From Oscillospiraceae bacterium (GTDB lineage Bacteria > Bacillota > Clostridia > Oscillospirales > Oscillospiraceae), in the NCBI GenBank assembly GCA_017437095.1, contig JAFSBW010000071.1:322-64321 (forward strand): 64,000 nucleotides of DNA, given 5' to 3'. The position numbers and the translations under genes are program-made. Under the pieces are notes generated by a model that was given only the letters and a program-made list of their open reading frames with translations, was not told the origin of the DNA and made no database searches. Below are positions 1-9,001 of this stretch, one piece after another (within the stretch, counting starts at the first letter, position 1; every line of letters starts with the position of its first letter).

Positions 1-1172
1 GCGTAAGTAGCCATGTCGTCCCAGATCTTCAGGCCGTCCAGCTTCTTCTTGGACAGCTGGCATACGCCGTCCTGGTCGTTAACGCGAACAACGAATACCT
101 CGATCTCGTCGCCAACCTTGAGAATGTCCTCAGCCTTTACAGAAGGATCGGCGCTGACTTCGTTATAGGGAATGTAGCCGGCGTGCTTGGTGCCCAGATC
201 GATCTGGACTTCATTGGCATTGATGGCGGTAACGATACCAGTAACCTTATCTCCTGTATTTAAAGTCTTGATGGACTGCTCGAGAAGTTCGGCAAAGTTC
301 TCCTCCTGCATAACATCAGCATTAATAATTTCGCTCATAGTCTTATTGACCTCCTTTATAATCCACGCCGGGGTCGAAGCTCCGGCTGTGATTCCAACGC
401 AAGATGCACCGCGAAACAGCTGCTTATCCAGCTCGCCGGCGTTATCCACCAGCGCAACCTGATCGCAATGCTCCCGGCAGATCATGGCCAGGCGCTTGGT
501 ATTGGAGCTGGATGCATCCCCAATTACCACCATAGCCTGACATTGGGCGGCCAGCTGCGCCGCTTCCCTCTGCCGAAATTCAGTAGCTTTACATATTGTA
601 TCAAAAATTTTTAGATTAGTAAACTGTTTTTTTGCAATTTCTTTGGAATTTTTCCATAAAAGTTCTGTAGAAGTGGTCTGGCAAACCATGGTCATGGGAA
701 AATCCAGGGGAAATTCCCCGCTATTGGAAAAAGCTTCCAATTCCTGAGGATCTTCAAACACCCGGTAATCGCCGCACCAGCCGGCGATGCCCTCTACCTC
801 GGGGTGGGAGCGGGTGCCGATGATGAGGCTCAGGCGGCCTTCCTCCCGGGCTTCGCTGACGATGCCGTGGATGCGCTTGACAAAGGGGCAGGTAGCATCC
901 ACCACCTTGGCGGCCCGGCTTTGCACCCGGTCGAACACAGCCTTGCTTACCCCATGGGAGCGGATGATCACCGTAGTACCGTCGCCGATCTCTTCCGGGT
1001 TTTCGATCACGCCCACCCCAAGCTCCCGGAAGCGCTCAACCTGGTGGCGGTTGTGGATGATAGGCCCAAGGGTGACCACGCGGCTGCCCTGGACAGCCTC
1101 TTTTTCCACCAGCTCCACCGCCCGGTTAACGCCGAAGCAGAAGCCGGCGCTTTTGGCTACTGTAACGCTCAT
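1..1172 (-). CDS. ispH: Bifunctional IspH (HMBPP reductase)/30S ribosomal protein S1 fusion, runs off the window start
   Basis: Absent from the ORF track because it is open to the window edge. Manual translation from ATG 1172 gives MSVTVAKSAGFCFGVNRAVE ... CQTT ... DTICKAT ... SSNT ... GITAGASTP, continuing in frame (WIIKEVNKTMSE) into an S1-type region starting at ATG 338. Confidence 0.93.
   Translation of the reverse strand, partial: MSVTVAKSAGFCFGVNRAVELVEKEAVQGSRVVTLGPIIHNRHQVERFRELGVGVIENPEEIGDGTTVIIRSHGVSKAVFDRVQSRAAKVVDATCPFVKRIHGIVSEAREEGRLSLIIGTRSHPEVEGIAGWCGDYRVFEDPQELEAFSNSGEFPLDFPMTMVCQTTSTELLWKNSKEIAKKQFTNLKIFDTICKATEFRQREAAQLAAQCQAMVVIGDASSSNTKRLAMICREHCDQVALVDNAGELDKQLFRGASCVGITAGASTPAWIIKEVNKTMSEIINADVMQEENFAELLEQSIKTLNTGDKVTGIVTAINANEVQIDLGTKHAGYIPYNEVSADPSVKAEDILKVGDEIEVFVVRVNDQDGVCQLSKKKLDGLKIWDDMATY
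595..623 (-). promoter_or_regulatory. Internal sigmaA-type promoter inside ispH, upstream of the S1 moiety
   Basis: Minus strand TTTACT-17 bp-TACAAT with an extended TG, in a markedly AT-rich patch of a GC-rich gene. Confidence 0.6.
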
Positions 1173-1849
1173 AGAGGGATCTTCTTTCCTACGATCTCCC
1201 GGATGGCGGCTACTACGCCTTCGATATCCAGCTCGCTGGTATCTACTTTAACGGCATCCTTGGCCTGCTTCAGGGGGGCGATCTCCCGGTGGGTATCCTG
1301 ATAGTCCCGCTGCTGGATGTCCTTGAGCACCTGGGCGAAGGTAGCCTTGCTGCCCTTGGCCTGCATCTCCTCCAGGCGGCGCTGGGCACGCACCTCGGCA
1401 GAGGCGGTAAGGAAGATCTTAACGGTAGCCTTGGGCAGCACAACGGTGCCGATGTCCCGGCCGTCCATGATCACATCATACTTCTTGGCAACGGCGCGCT
1501 GCATATCCAGCAAAGTATCTCGCACGATGGCGTGGGCAGATACCAGGCTGGCCTTCTGGGAAATATCCTGGGAGCGGATGTCATCGGTAACATCCATGCC
1601 GTTCATGATCATGTGCTGAGCGCCCTGGTCGTCATATTCGATCTCAACGGTAAGCTCATCGATATAGCGGGTAACGCCGTCCACATCCTTGGGGCTGATG
1701 CCCAAAAGATCCAGAAAATAAGCAACGGTGCGGTAGATCGCGCCGGTATCCACATAGCGGAAGCCCAGCTCCTGGGCAAGGGCGCGGGCGATGGTGCTTT
1801 TGCCTGCGCCGGCAGGGCCGTCAATGGCGATGGAATAATGCTTAGCCAT
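1169..1849 (-). CDS. cmk: Cytidylate kinase
   Basis: IAIDGPAGAGKST P-loop, DTGAIYR, MDGRDIGTVV, RDYQDTHR motifs; 4-bp overlap with ispH. Confidence 0.97.
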   Translation of the reverse strand: MAKHYSIAIDGPAGAGKSTIARALAQELGFRYVDTGAIYRTVAYFLDLLGISPKDVDGVTRYIDELTVEIEYDDQGAQHMIMNGMDVTDDIRSQDISQKASLVSAHAIVRDTLLDMQRAVAKKYDVIMDGRDIGTVVLPKATVKIFLTASAEVRAQRRLEEMQAKGSKATFAQVLKDIQQRDYQDTHREIAPLKQAKDAVKVDTSELDIEGVVAAIREIVGKKIPL

Positions 1850-1853
1850 AAAA

Positions 1854-2900
1854 TTAAACCTTCTTTCTGATCTGCGCCAGGGCGGCAGCCTCCAGGGCCG
1901 TCACCTCATCGGCGGTAATATGCAGCAGCTTGCCCACCTCCTGGGTGGTAAGGGGCAGCCCGCCCTCCAGGCCAAAACGAAGCTTGACCACCCGGGCGTG
2001 GGTCTCATCCAGGCCCTCCAGCATTTCTTCAATGCGCTGGCGGCTTTGGTAATAGGCGGTGTTTTCCACCGACTGATCTTCCTCTTCCTGAGGCTTGGGA
2101 GCATCGGCCTGCTTGGCCTTGGCCAGCAGCGCCGCGCTTTGCACGATGTTTTCCACCTGGAAGGCTTCCTCGGCGGTAATGTTCAGCGCTCCGGCGATCT
2201 CCTCCAAAGAGGGGTTTCTGCCCAGGCTGGTAAGCAGGGCTTTATCGGCGGCGCGGTAATCCTGGCAAAGCTTGCGCATCTTCTGGCCTACCCCGTCTTC
2301 CCTGGCCTGCAAAAGAATGGCCCTATCCATAGCAAAACAGATGCAGCCGTTGGCAAAGCTTTCAAGATCGCCGCCGGTATAGGAAAGGATGGCCTGCCAA
2401 AGGGCCATAGAGCCTTCCTGGATCAGGTCGATAAGCAGCACCCGGTTGCCGGCGCGGCGCTGGGCCTGCTCCACTACCCGGCTCAGCAGCAAATTGGTAA
2501 GCATCTGCTGGGTAGCTTCCAGGCGGCGCTGGGGCAGGGGCTCCAGCAGCTCCAAAGCCAGCACCTGGATATCCCCGGCAGCGGGGGTAGCGGCCAGCTC
2601 GTCCAGGTAAAGGCGCAGGGGGTCGTTTTCCGCAAGGCCGGTAAGGAGCTTGCCCTGGCGGCAAAGCTTCTTTTCCAGGCTCAGGCGCTCACCCAGAGCG
2701 CCGGAAGCATCCCGGGAAGGCAGATCGGAAAGATCCAGGGTAATATTCTTAACTTCCAGGGCCTGAAAGGCTTCTTCCAGGGCGGCATCGTCCTCCCCTT
2801 CCAGCACAGTCAACAGCCGCATGGCGCTGACGCTGCTGCCGGGGGTGAGCCGGCGGGCAAAAAGCTCCCAGGGGGAAAGCTCAAAAGTAAATTCGTTCAT
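1854..2900 (-). CDS. Degenerate RpoD-like sigma70-family protein (348 aa)
   Basis: Region 1.2 [11 protein letters not shown], region 2.2 [10 protein letters not shown], region 3 [11 protein letters not shown], region 4 [11 protein letters not shown]; regions 2.3/2.4 and 4.2 are degenerate. Confidence 0.85.
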   Translation of the reverse strand: MNEFTFELSPWELFARRLTPGSSVSAMRLLTVLEGEDDAALEEAFQALEVKNITLDLSDLPSRDASGALGERLSLEKKLCRQGKLLTGLAENDPLRLYLDELAATPAAGDIQVLALELLEPLPQRRLEATQQMLTNLLLSRVVEQAQRRAGNRVLLIDLIQEGSMALWQAILSYTGGDLESFANGCICFAMDRAILLQAREDGVGQKMRKLCQDYRAADKALLTSLGRNPSLEEIAGALNITAEEAFQVENIVQSAALLAKAKQADAPKPQEEEDQSVENTAYYQSRQRIEEMLEGLDETHARVVKLRFGLEGGLPLTTQEVGKLLHITADEVTALEAAALAQIRKKV

Positions 2901-3727
2901 TCTAAAAAATCCTCCAATCCAAGGCCGCTGCCCAGCTTTTGCAGGCGGGCAATGGCCTGCTTTTCCAGCTGGCGGCTGCGCTCTTTGGAAATGTCTAACA
3001 ATTGGCTGATCTGCTCATGGGTATGGGCAACGCCGCCATCCATGCCAAAGCGCAGGCGAAGCACCTGCTGCTGGCGCTGGGTAAGCTGGCGCAAAAGGTC
3101 TTCCAGGGTATTTTTCAGCTCCCGGCGGATCAGCTCCTGCTGGGGCTGGGGGGTGACCAGGTCCTCCACGGGGATGCTCAGGGTATCTTCCAGGGAGCAT
3201 GTCTGACGGCTCAGAGCCAGCAGCTTATCTACCTGCTCCGCTGTAAAGCCGGTATGCTCCGCCAGCTCCTGCCCGGTAGCTTCCCTGCCCAGGCCGGCTT
3301 CCAGCTCCCGCCGGGCTTTTTCTACCCGGGCAATGCGCTGGGCGGTATAGGCAGGCACACGGATGGCATCGCCGTGGTCTAAAAGGCATTTGGCAATGGC
3401 CTGGCGTATCCACTTGGTAGCGTAGGTAGAGAAGCGGAAATTCAGGCTGTGGTCAAACTTTTTGGCCGCGGCAAGCAGGCCGATGCTGCCCTCCTGGATC
3501 AGATCCAGCATGGCAACGCCCCGGCCGGAATATTCCCGGGCGATGGAGACCACCAGGCGCAAATTGGCGCTGACCATTTGGCGCACCGCTTCCTCGTCAC
3601 CCTGGGCGCAGCGCTGGGCCAATTGAAGCTCCTGCTGCTGGGTAAGGCGGGGAATGGCGTGGATCTCCCGCAGATATTGCTCCTCTTCCCTGGGCTGGGA
3701 AAGGCTTTGGGTTAGGGTTTGGGCCAT
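2897..3727 (-). CDS. Divergent RpoD/SigA-family sigma factor (276 aa)
   Basis: [55 protein letters not shown]; no region 1.1. Confidence 0.92.
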   Translation of the reverse strand: MAQTLTQSLSQPREEEQYLREIHAIPRLTQQQELQLAQRCAQGDEEAVRQMVSANLRLVVSIAREYSGRGVAMLDLIQEGSIGLLAAAKKFDHSLNFRFSTYATKWIRQAIAKCLLDHGDAIRVPAYTAQRIARVEKARRELEAGLGREATGQELAEHTGFTAEQVDKLLALSRQTCSLEDTLSIPVEDLVTPQPQQELIRRELKNTLEDLLRQLTQRQQQVLRLRFGMDGGVAHTHEQISQLLDISKERSRQLEKQAIARLQKLGSGLGLEDFLE

Positions 3728-5463
3728 TATTTGATCCCTTTGCTTTCTTTCATTTTATTGCGCAGCGCCATAAGCGCATCGGCAGAAGTAACGGATCTTT
3801 TCGCATGCTCGTCCAGCACCTTGCGCACACAGTCGGCAAAGGCCTGCTCGCTGATAGGGCCTTGCTGGCGCTGGCAGACATAGGCGATATGGGACATTTC
3901 ATCGCCTTCCAGCTCCTCCAGCACGGCAGGGCTGACCTCCAGGCCCTGGCTGTGGCGGCTGAGCATCTGGCCGAACACCTTGCCAAGCAACGGCGAAGAA
4001 AAGCTCTGGGGGGTAAGCATGCCGATACGGTCCAGCAGGGCGTTTTCCCGCATGGCCATGGCGATCACCGTTTCCTCCGCCATGGCAGAGGCGATGTTAT
4101 CATAGCGGATGGAGCGGCTCTTGGGCTGAAGGTTTTTCGCCGGGGAAAGCTCCTGCTTTTCCTGCTGACGGCGCTCTCTGGCCATGCGGCGCTTGAAGCA
4201 CTTGTTTACCTCCAGCTTCATGGCATCCAGGGAGATCTTCGCCCTTTCCGCCACCCGGCCGCTGTATACCTCCCGCTGCACCGGGCTGGGCAGCGTAGAA
4301 ATCAGCTCCGCGCACTCCTGAATGTACTTGACCCGCTGGTCATCCTGGGAAATATCATACTTTTTGGCGATGGCGCCCAGCTGGTACTCCACCCGGTTGG
4401 AAGACTGCTCCAGCAGCACCTTGAATTTATCCGCGCCGAACTTTTTCAGGTATTCATCCGGGTCTTTCGCATCCCGCATTTTCAGCACCTTTACCTGCAG
4501 GCCCGCCCTTTCCAGCATAGGGATGGCCCGGCGGGTAGCGTTCTGGCCGGCTTCGTCGCCGTCGTAGATCAGCACCACCTGGTCGGTATATTTGCTCAGC
4601 AAGGTAGCCTGGTCTTCCGTAAGGCTGGTGCCCAGGCTGGCCACGGCGCAGTCAAAGCCGTACTGGTGCAGCGCAATGGCATCCATATAGCCCTCTACCA
4701 GGATGATATAGCCCATCTTGGTCTTTTTGGCGTAGTTCATGGCGAAAAGGTTTTTGCGCTTGTTGAACACCAGGGTATCGGTAGAGTTTAAGTATTTGGG
4801 GGTAGAATCGTCCATGACCCGGCCGCCAAAGCCGATCACATTGCCACGGACATCGATAATTGGGAACATGAGGCGGTTGCGGAAACGGTCGTAAATATGG
4901 CCGTTTTTGTCCGACACCAGGTTGGCGTCCCGCAGCTCCTGGTCGGAATACCCCTTTTTGCGCATGGCATCGGTAAGGGCGCTCCAGCTATCGGGAGCAA
5001 AGCCGATGCCAAACTTGGTAAGGATGCTCTTGGGCATGCCCCGCTTCTGGGCGTAGGCCAGGCCCTGGGCCCCGGCTTCGGTATACAGCTGGGCGTTGAA
5101 AAACCGGGCGGCTTCCTTGTTCAGCGCCCAAAGCCGCTCCTGCTGGCGGTAGCGGGATTGGTACTTTTCGTCCTCAGGCACTTCCATGCCTGCCCGCTTG
5201 GCCAGGGAACGCACGGCATCCGGGTAGCTCAGGCCCTCGATCTCCATCATAAAGTTTACCGGGCCGCCGCCCTTGTGGCAGCCGAAGCAATAGTAGATGC
5301 CTTTGTCCGGGTTGACGGAGAAAGAGGCCGTCTTTTCCCCGTGGAAGGGGCAAAGGCCAAACAGATTCGCGCCGCTGCGCTTTAAGCTGACATACTGGCC
5401 TACTACATCCTCAATAGGATTTCTCTGCACCAGCTCGTCGATAAATGCGGGGGGAAATGCCAT
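3727..5463 (-). CDS. dnaG: DNA primase
   Basis: CPFH..CFGC zinc finger, [23 protein letters not shown] and YDGD TOPRIM motifs; start set at MAFPP after the AAAGGAGG SD. Confidence 0.98.
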   Translation of the reverse strand: MAFPPAFIDELVQRNPIEDVVGQYVSLKRSGANLFGLCPFHGEKTASFSVNPDKGIYYCFGCHKGGGPVNFMMEIEGLSYPDAVRSLAKRAGMEVPEDEKYQSRYRQQERLWALNKEAARFFNAQLYTEAGAQGLAYAQKRGMPKSILTKFGIGFAPDSWSALTDAMRKKGYSDQELRDANLVSDKNGHIYDRFRNRLMFPIIDVRGNVIGFGGRVMDDSTPKYLNSTDTLVFNKRKNLFAMNYAKKTKMGYIILVEGYMDAIALHQYGFDCAVASLGTSLTEDQATLLSKYTDQVVLIYDGDEAGQNATRRAIPMLERAGLQVKVLKMRDAKDPDEYLKKFGADKFKVLLEQSSNRVEYQLGAIAKKYDISQDDQRVKYIQECAELISTLPSPVQREVYSGRVAERAKISLDAMKLEVNKCFKRRMARERRQQEKQELSPAKNLQPKSRSIRYDNIASAMAEETVIAMAMRENALLDRIGMLTPQSFSSPLLGKVFGQMLSRHSQGLEVSPAVLEELEGDEMSHIAYVCQRQQGPISEQAFADCVRKVLDEHAKRSVTSADALMALRNKMKESKGIK

Positions 5464-5492
5464 AGCTGCCCCTCCTTTCTGCATAATAAATA

Positions 5493-5521
5493 ATTATATC
5501 ATATTTTTAGCGCACTTGCCA
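5493..5521 (-). promoter_or_regulatory. Putative sigmaA promoter for dnaG and the sigma pair
   Basis: TGGCAA-17 bp-TATAAT with an extended TG, overlapping the dgt stop codon. Confidence 0.55.
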
Positions 5522-6517
5522 CCCTGCGGGGATGAAAATTTCTGTAAATTTATCCACAGCGTAGTTATCCGTCATGCCGGCAATGTAATCGCAAACTGTG
5601 CGCTCCAGGCCGTCAAAGCTCATTTGGGGCTGAAAATCCTCCGGCAGGGCCTGGGGGTGGGTATAGTAGTATTCATAAAGGCGCTTGAGCATATCCTTGG
5701 CCTTGCTCTCCTCCCCCTTGGCAACGGGGTTGCGGTATACCCGCTCAAACATAAAGGCGCGCAGATCCTTCAGCGCCTGGTCTACCTTGGGGGAAAGGGC
5801 GATGGCCCCGGCCTCCCGGGAGGTAAGGATGGCATCGCAAACCAAAGCATCGATGCGGTTGCGGTGGCTCTCGCCCAGCACATCGGCAATGCTTTTGGGA
5901 ATGTCTTCTTCCCGCAGAATGCCGGCGCGGATGGCATCGTCAATATCGTGGTTAACATAGGCGATCTGATCCGCCCGGCGGATCACCTGGCCCTCCAGGG
6001 TTTCGGGGATGCGCTCGCCGGTATGGCCCAGAATGCCCATGCGCACTTCATAGGTTAAATTCAGCCCCCGGCCGTCCTTTTCCAGCACATCCACCACCCG
6101 CAGGCTCTGCTCATTGTGGCGGAAGGGCTTGCCGATGCATTCGCTCAGCGCTCCCTCGCCGGCGTGGCCAAAGGGGGTATGGCCCAGGTCATGGCCCATA
6201 GCGATGGCCTCGGCCAGGTCTTCATTTAAGCCCAAGGCCCGGGCAATGGTGCGGCCGATGCGGGTGACCTCGATGGTATGGGTCATGCGGGTGCGGTAAT
6301 GGTCGCCCTCCGGGCTGAGGAAAACCTGGGTCTTGTGCATCAGGCGGCGGAAGGATTTGCTATGTACGATCCTGTCCGTATCCCGCTGGTAGCAGGTGCG
6401 AACATCGTTTTCTTTCGGCTCTTCCGGGATGGGGCGGCCCTTGGTCCGGTCTGAAAAAGCGGCCAGGGGGTTGAGCCGGCGATGCTCCAAAAGCTCCAAT
6501 TCTTGGCGTACTGTCAT
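5507..6517 (-). CDS. dgt: Deoxyguanosinetriphosphate triphosphohydrolase-like HD protein
   Basis: RDTDRIVHSKSFRRL.HKTQVF, RTRMTHT, HDLGHTPFGHAGE, DYIAGMTD; typical position upstream of dnaG. Confidence 0.95.
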   Translation of the reverse strand: MTVRQELELLEHRRLNPLAAFSDRTKGRPIPEEPKENDVRTCYQRDTDRIVHSKSFRRLMHKTQVFLSPEGDHYRTRMTHTIEVTRIGRTIARALGLNEDLAEAIAMGHDLGHTPFGHAGEGALSECIGKPFRHNEQSLRVVDVLEKDGRGLNLTYEVRMGILGHTGERIPETLEGQVIRRADQIAYVNHDIDDAIRAGILREEDIPKSIADVLGESHRNRIDALVCDAILTSREAGAIALSPKVDQALKDLRAFMFERVYRNPVAKGEESKAKDMLKRLYEYYYTHPQALPEDFQPQMSFDGLERTVCDYIAGMTDNYAVDKFTEIFIPAGWQVR

Positions 6518-7155
6518 ATTTGCGCCTCCTTATTCACGGGGAAAGCCCGGTATTCTTTGCCGATCTCCATAGCCTGCACAGCAGCTGCGGTCATATCGGT
6601 GATCCTATCCAAAAACGGGGCGGTTTGGGCCTGGGGGAGCAGCACTTCCAGCTCCACCTCCGCGCCAAACTGGGTATCTCGCAATATGCCGCCGAAAGCG
6701 GCGATCTCCAGCTTGATGCGCTCGTACCAGCTATAGGGGCAGGGCAGGTACAATACATCCCATACCCGCTTGATAGACTTTCCGGCAGCATCTACGGCGA
6801 TCTTGGCGCCCTTGGTATAGGCCCGCACCAAGCCGCCGGCGCCCAACAGCACGCCGCCAAAATACCGGGTTACTACGCACACCACATTGTAAAGCTCTTC
6901 CCTTTGAAGCACCTGCACCATGGGCATGCCGGCTGTGCCGCCGGGCTCGCCATCGTCGGAAAAGCGCATGGCGCCCCCCTTGATGATATAGGCCCAGCAG
7001 TTATGGGTAGCATCGTAATGCTGCTTTTTCATGGCCTGGATCTTCTCCAAAGCCTCCTCCTCGGTTTCCACCAGCCAGACGCGGCCAATAAACCGGGACT
7101 TTTTTTCCACAAACTCAGCTTCGCCGAAGCCGGTAGGAACCAGGTATTCTTCCAA
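6514..7155 (-). CDS. yigZ: YigZ/IMPACT family protein
   Basis: EKKSRFIG, ATHNCWAY, SDDGEPGGTAG, VTRYFGGVLLGAGGLVRAY; TTG start. Confidence 0.95.
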   Translation of the reverse strand: MEEYLVPTGFGEAEFVEKKSRFIGRVWLVETEEEALEKIQAMKKQHYDATHNCWAYIIKGGAMRFSDDGEPGGTAGMPMVQVLQREELYNVVCVVTRYFGGVLLGAGGLVRAYTKGAKIAVDAAGKSIKRVWDVLYLPCPYSWYERIKLEIAAFGGILRDTQFGAEVELEVLLPQAQTAPFLDRITDMTAAAVQAMEIGKEYRAFPVNKEAQI

Positions 7156-7158
7156 AAT

Positions 7159-8427
7159 TTACCACTCCTTGGTAATATATTGGCGCAGCTTGCCGTAAAG
7201 GATGGGGTCGAGAATGGCTTCCGCCTCGATGCCCTCGCCGGTATACTCCAGGCTCAGCACCTTGGCGCTGTCGTGCAGGGTTTGCACCATGCCGCCCATA
7301 GAATAAGGCAGGCGCACAGATACCCGGTGGCGGCTGTGGCCCAGGGCGGTTTCGATGGAGCGCAAAAGCTCCTCCATTCCCCTGCCCTGCTTGGCCGATA
7401 CCGCAACCACATCCTCGCCGATGGGGATGTCGGTTGGATCTACCAGGTCGGCCTTGTTGTATAGCCGCAAAACCTTGGTGCCGGGCTTGGCCAGCTTGGC
7501 GATCAGGCCGTCTACCACCTGGATATGGGCATCCCGGTCCGGGTCGGAAGCGTCGATCACATGGAGCAAGAGGTCTGCGTATTCCAGCTCCTCCAAAGTA
7601 GCCCGGAAGGCATCCACCAAATGGTGGGGCAGCTTGGCGATAAAGCCTACGGTATCGGAAAGGATAACATCCAGATTGTCAGATACCTTCAGCTGCCGGG
7701 AGGTGGTATCCAAGGTGTCGAACAGCCGGTTGTTGGCGGGAATGCCCGCCCCGGTAAGCTGATTGAGCAAAGTAGATTTGCCGGCGTTGGTATAGCCCAC
7801 GATGGCCACCACCGGCACAGAGTTTTTCATCCGCCGCTCCCGCTGAACGCCCCGCACCTGGCGCACCTGCTCCAGCTCGCTTTGCAGCCGGGCGATGCGC
7901 TCACGGATATGCCGGCGGTCGCTCTCCAGCTTGGTTTCGCCGGGGCCGCGGGTGCCGATGCCGCCGCCCTGGCGGGAAAGGCTGGCGCCCATGCCGGAAA
8001 GCCGGGGCAAAAGATACTTATACTGGGCAAGCTCTACCTGCAGCCGGCCCTCTTTGGTCTTGGCCCGCTGGGCAAAAATATCCAAAATAAGCGCGCTGCG
8101 GTCCAGCACGGTCATGCCCAAAATCTCTTCCAAGGCCCGGATATTGCTGGGGGAAAGCTCGTTATCGAAAATAACCATGGTAGCCCCGGTGGCCTCCGCC
8201 AGCATTCTAACCTCCTGGGCCTTGCCCTCGCCGATGAAGCTGTGGGGATCGGGGGTTGGACGGTTTTGCAGGATCTTGCCGGTGCAGAAGCCGCCGGCAG
8301 TTTCCAGAAGGGCATCCAGCTCTTCCAGAGTTTCTTCTGTGGCAGTTTGGGCCTGGGTAAAGCAAGCCGCGTTCAAGCCAACCAGCACCGCCCGCTCAAC
8401 GGCGGGGCGGGAAAATACTTCTTCCAT
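7159..8427 (-). CDS. hflX: GTPase HflX
   Basis: GGGIGTRGPGETKLE, GYTNAGKST, LFDTLD, DTVGFI, NKAD motifs. Confidence 0.97.
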   Translation of the reverse strand: MEEVFSRPAVERAVLVGLNAACFTQAQTATEETLEELDALLETAGGFCTGKILQNRPTPDPHSFIGEGKAQEVRMLAEATGATMVIFDNELSPSNIRALEEILGMTVLDRSALILDIFAQRAKTKEGRLQVELAQYKYLLPRLSGMGASLSRQGGGIGTRGPGETKLESDRRHIRERIARLQSELEQVRQVRGVQRERRMKNSVPVVAIVGYTNAGKSTLLNQLTGAGIPANNRLFDTLDTTSRQLKVSDNLDVILSDTVGFIAKLPHHLVDAFRATLEELEYADLLLHVIDASDPDRDAHIQVVDGLIAKLAKPGTKVLRLYNKADLVDPTDIPIGEDVVAVSAKQGRGMEELLRSIETALGHSRHRVSVRLPYSMGGMVQTLHDSAKVLSLEYTGEGIEAEAILDPILYGKLRQYITKEW

Positions 8428-8511
8428 TTACGATCCTCCTACTGTTTGAAATATTATAACATACAATGTGGGAAAATAGCAGTACTATATTCCAATTTTT
8501 GCGAAAAAAGC

Positions 8512-8550
8512 AAAAAAAGTCCGTACTGTAAAGAAACAGTACGGACTTTT
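8512..8550 (-). terminator. Intrinsic terminator of rpmE
   Basis: Stem AAAAGTCCGTACTGT/ACAGTACGGACTTTT followed by a T run on the minus strand. Confidence 0.85.
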
Positions 8551-8554
8551 CTAC

Positions 8555-8755
8555 TTACTTCAGACCAAATCTCTTGTTGAAACGGTCAACACGTCCACCG
8601 GTATCAACCAGCTTCTGCTTGCCGGTGTAGAAAGGGTGGCACTTGGAGCAGATTTCAACTCTGATGTCCTTCTTGGTGGAGCCGGTGGTAAAGGTATTGC
8701 CACAGGCGCAACGAATCGTAGTCTGTTCGTACTTGGGATGGAGTCCTTCCTTCAT
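8555..8755 (-). CDS. rpmE: 50S ribosomal protein L31, zinc-binding type
   Basis: MKEGLHP, CACG...[17 protein letters not shown]; GAGGTG SD. Confidence 0.97.
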   Translation of the reverse strand: MKEGLHPKYEQTTIRCACGNTFTTGSTKKDIRVEICSKCHPFYTGKQKLVDTGGRVDRFNKRFGLK

Positions 8756-8822
8756 GTTGTTCACCTCTTTCTTATCATGTAAAAGGGCATAGTGGCCCTA
8801 TGCAATCTTTAATCGCCCAGCT

Positions 8823-8851
8823 ATTGTAGCATACTAAGAAGCAGAATGCAA
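8823..8851 (-). promoter_or_regulatory. sigmaA promoter of rpmE
   Basis: TTGCAT-17 bp-TACAAT with an extended TG. Confidence 0.7.
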
Positions 8852-8886
8852 GCATTATTTTTAGATTTTTGATACTTTTTTTACTT

Positions 8887-8999
8887 GCCTCTCCCTCTGG
8901 GAGAGGTGGCACCGCTGTAGGCGGTGACGGAGAGGGTTTTAGCAGGCTTCGTAAACCCTCTCAGTCAGCTTCGCTGACAGCTCCCCCGGAGGGGGAGCC
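8887..8999. repeat. Inverted pair of double-hairpin extragenic palindromic units
   Basis: Unit GCCTCTCCCTCTGGGAGAGGTGGCA..TGACGGAGAGGG (8887-8936) and an inverted unit with the same layout (8956-8999). Confidence 0.75.
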
Positions 9000-9001
9000 G
9001 A

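Noticed and set aside
339-1172. ispH apparently missing from the ORF track (possible pseudogene)
   Set aside because: The portions translated manually, including the AT-rich patch, are open and in frame with S1; it is unlisted only because the fused ORF leaves the window.
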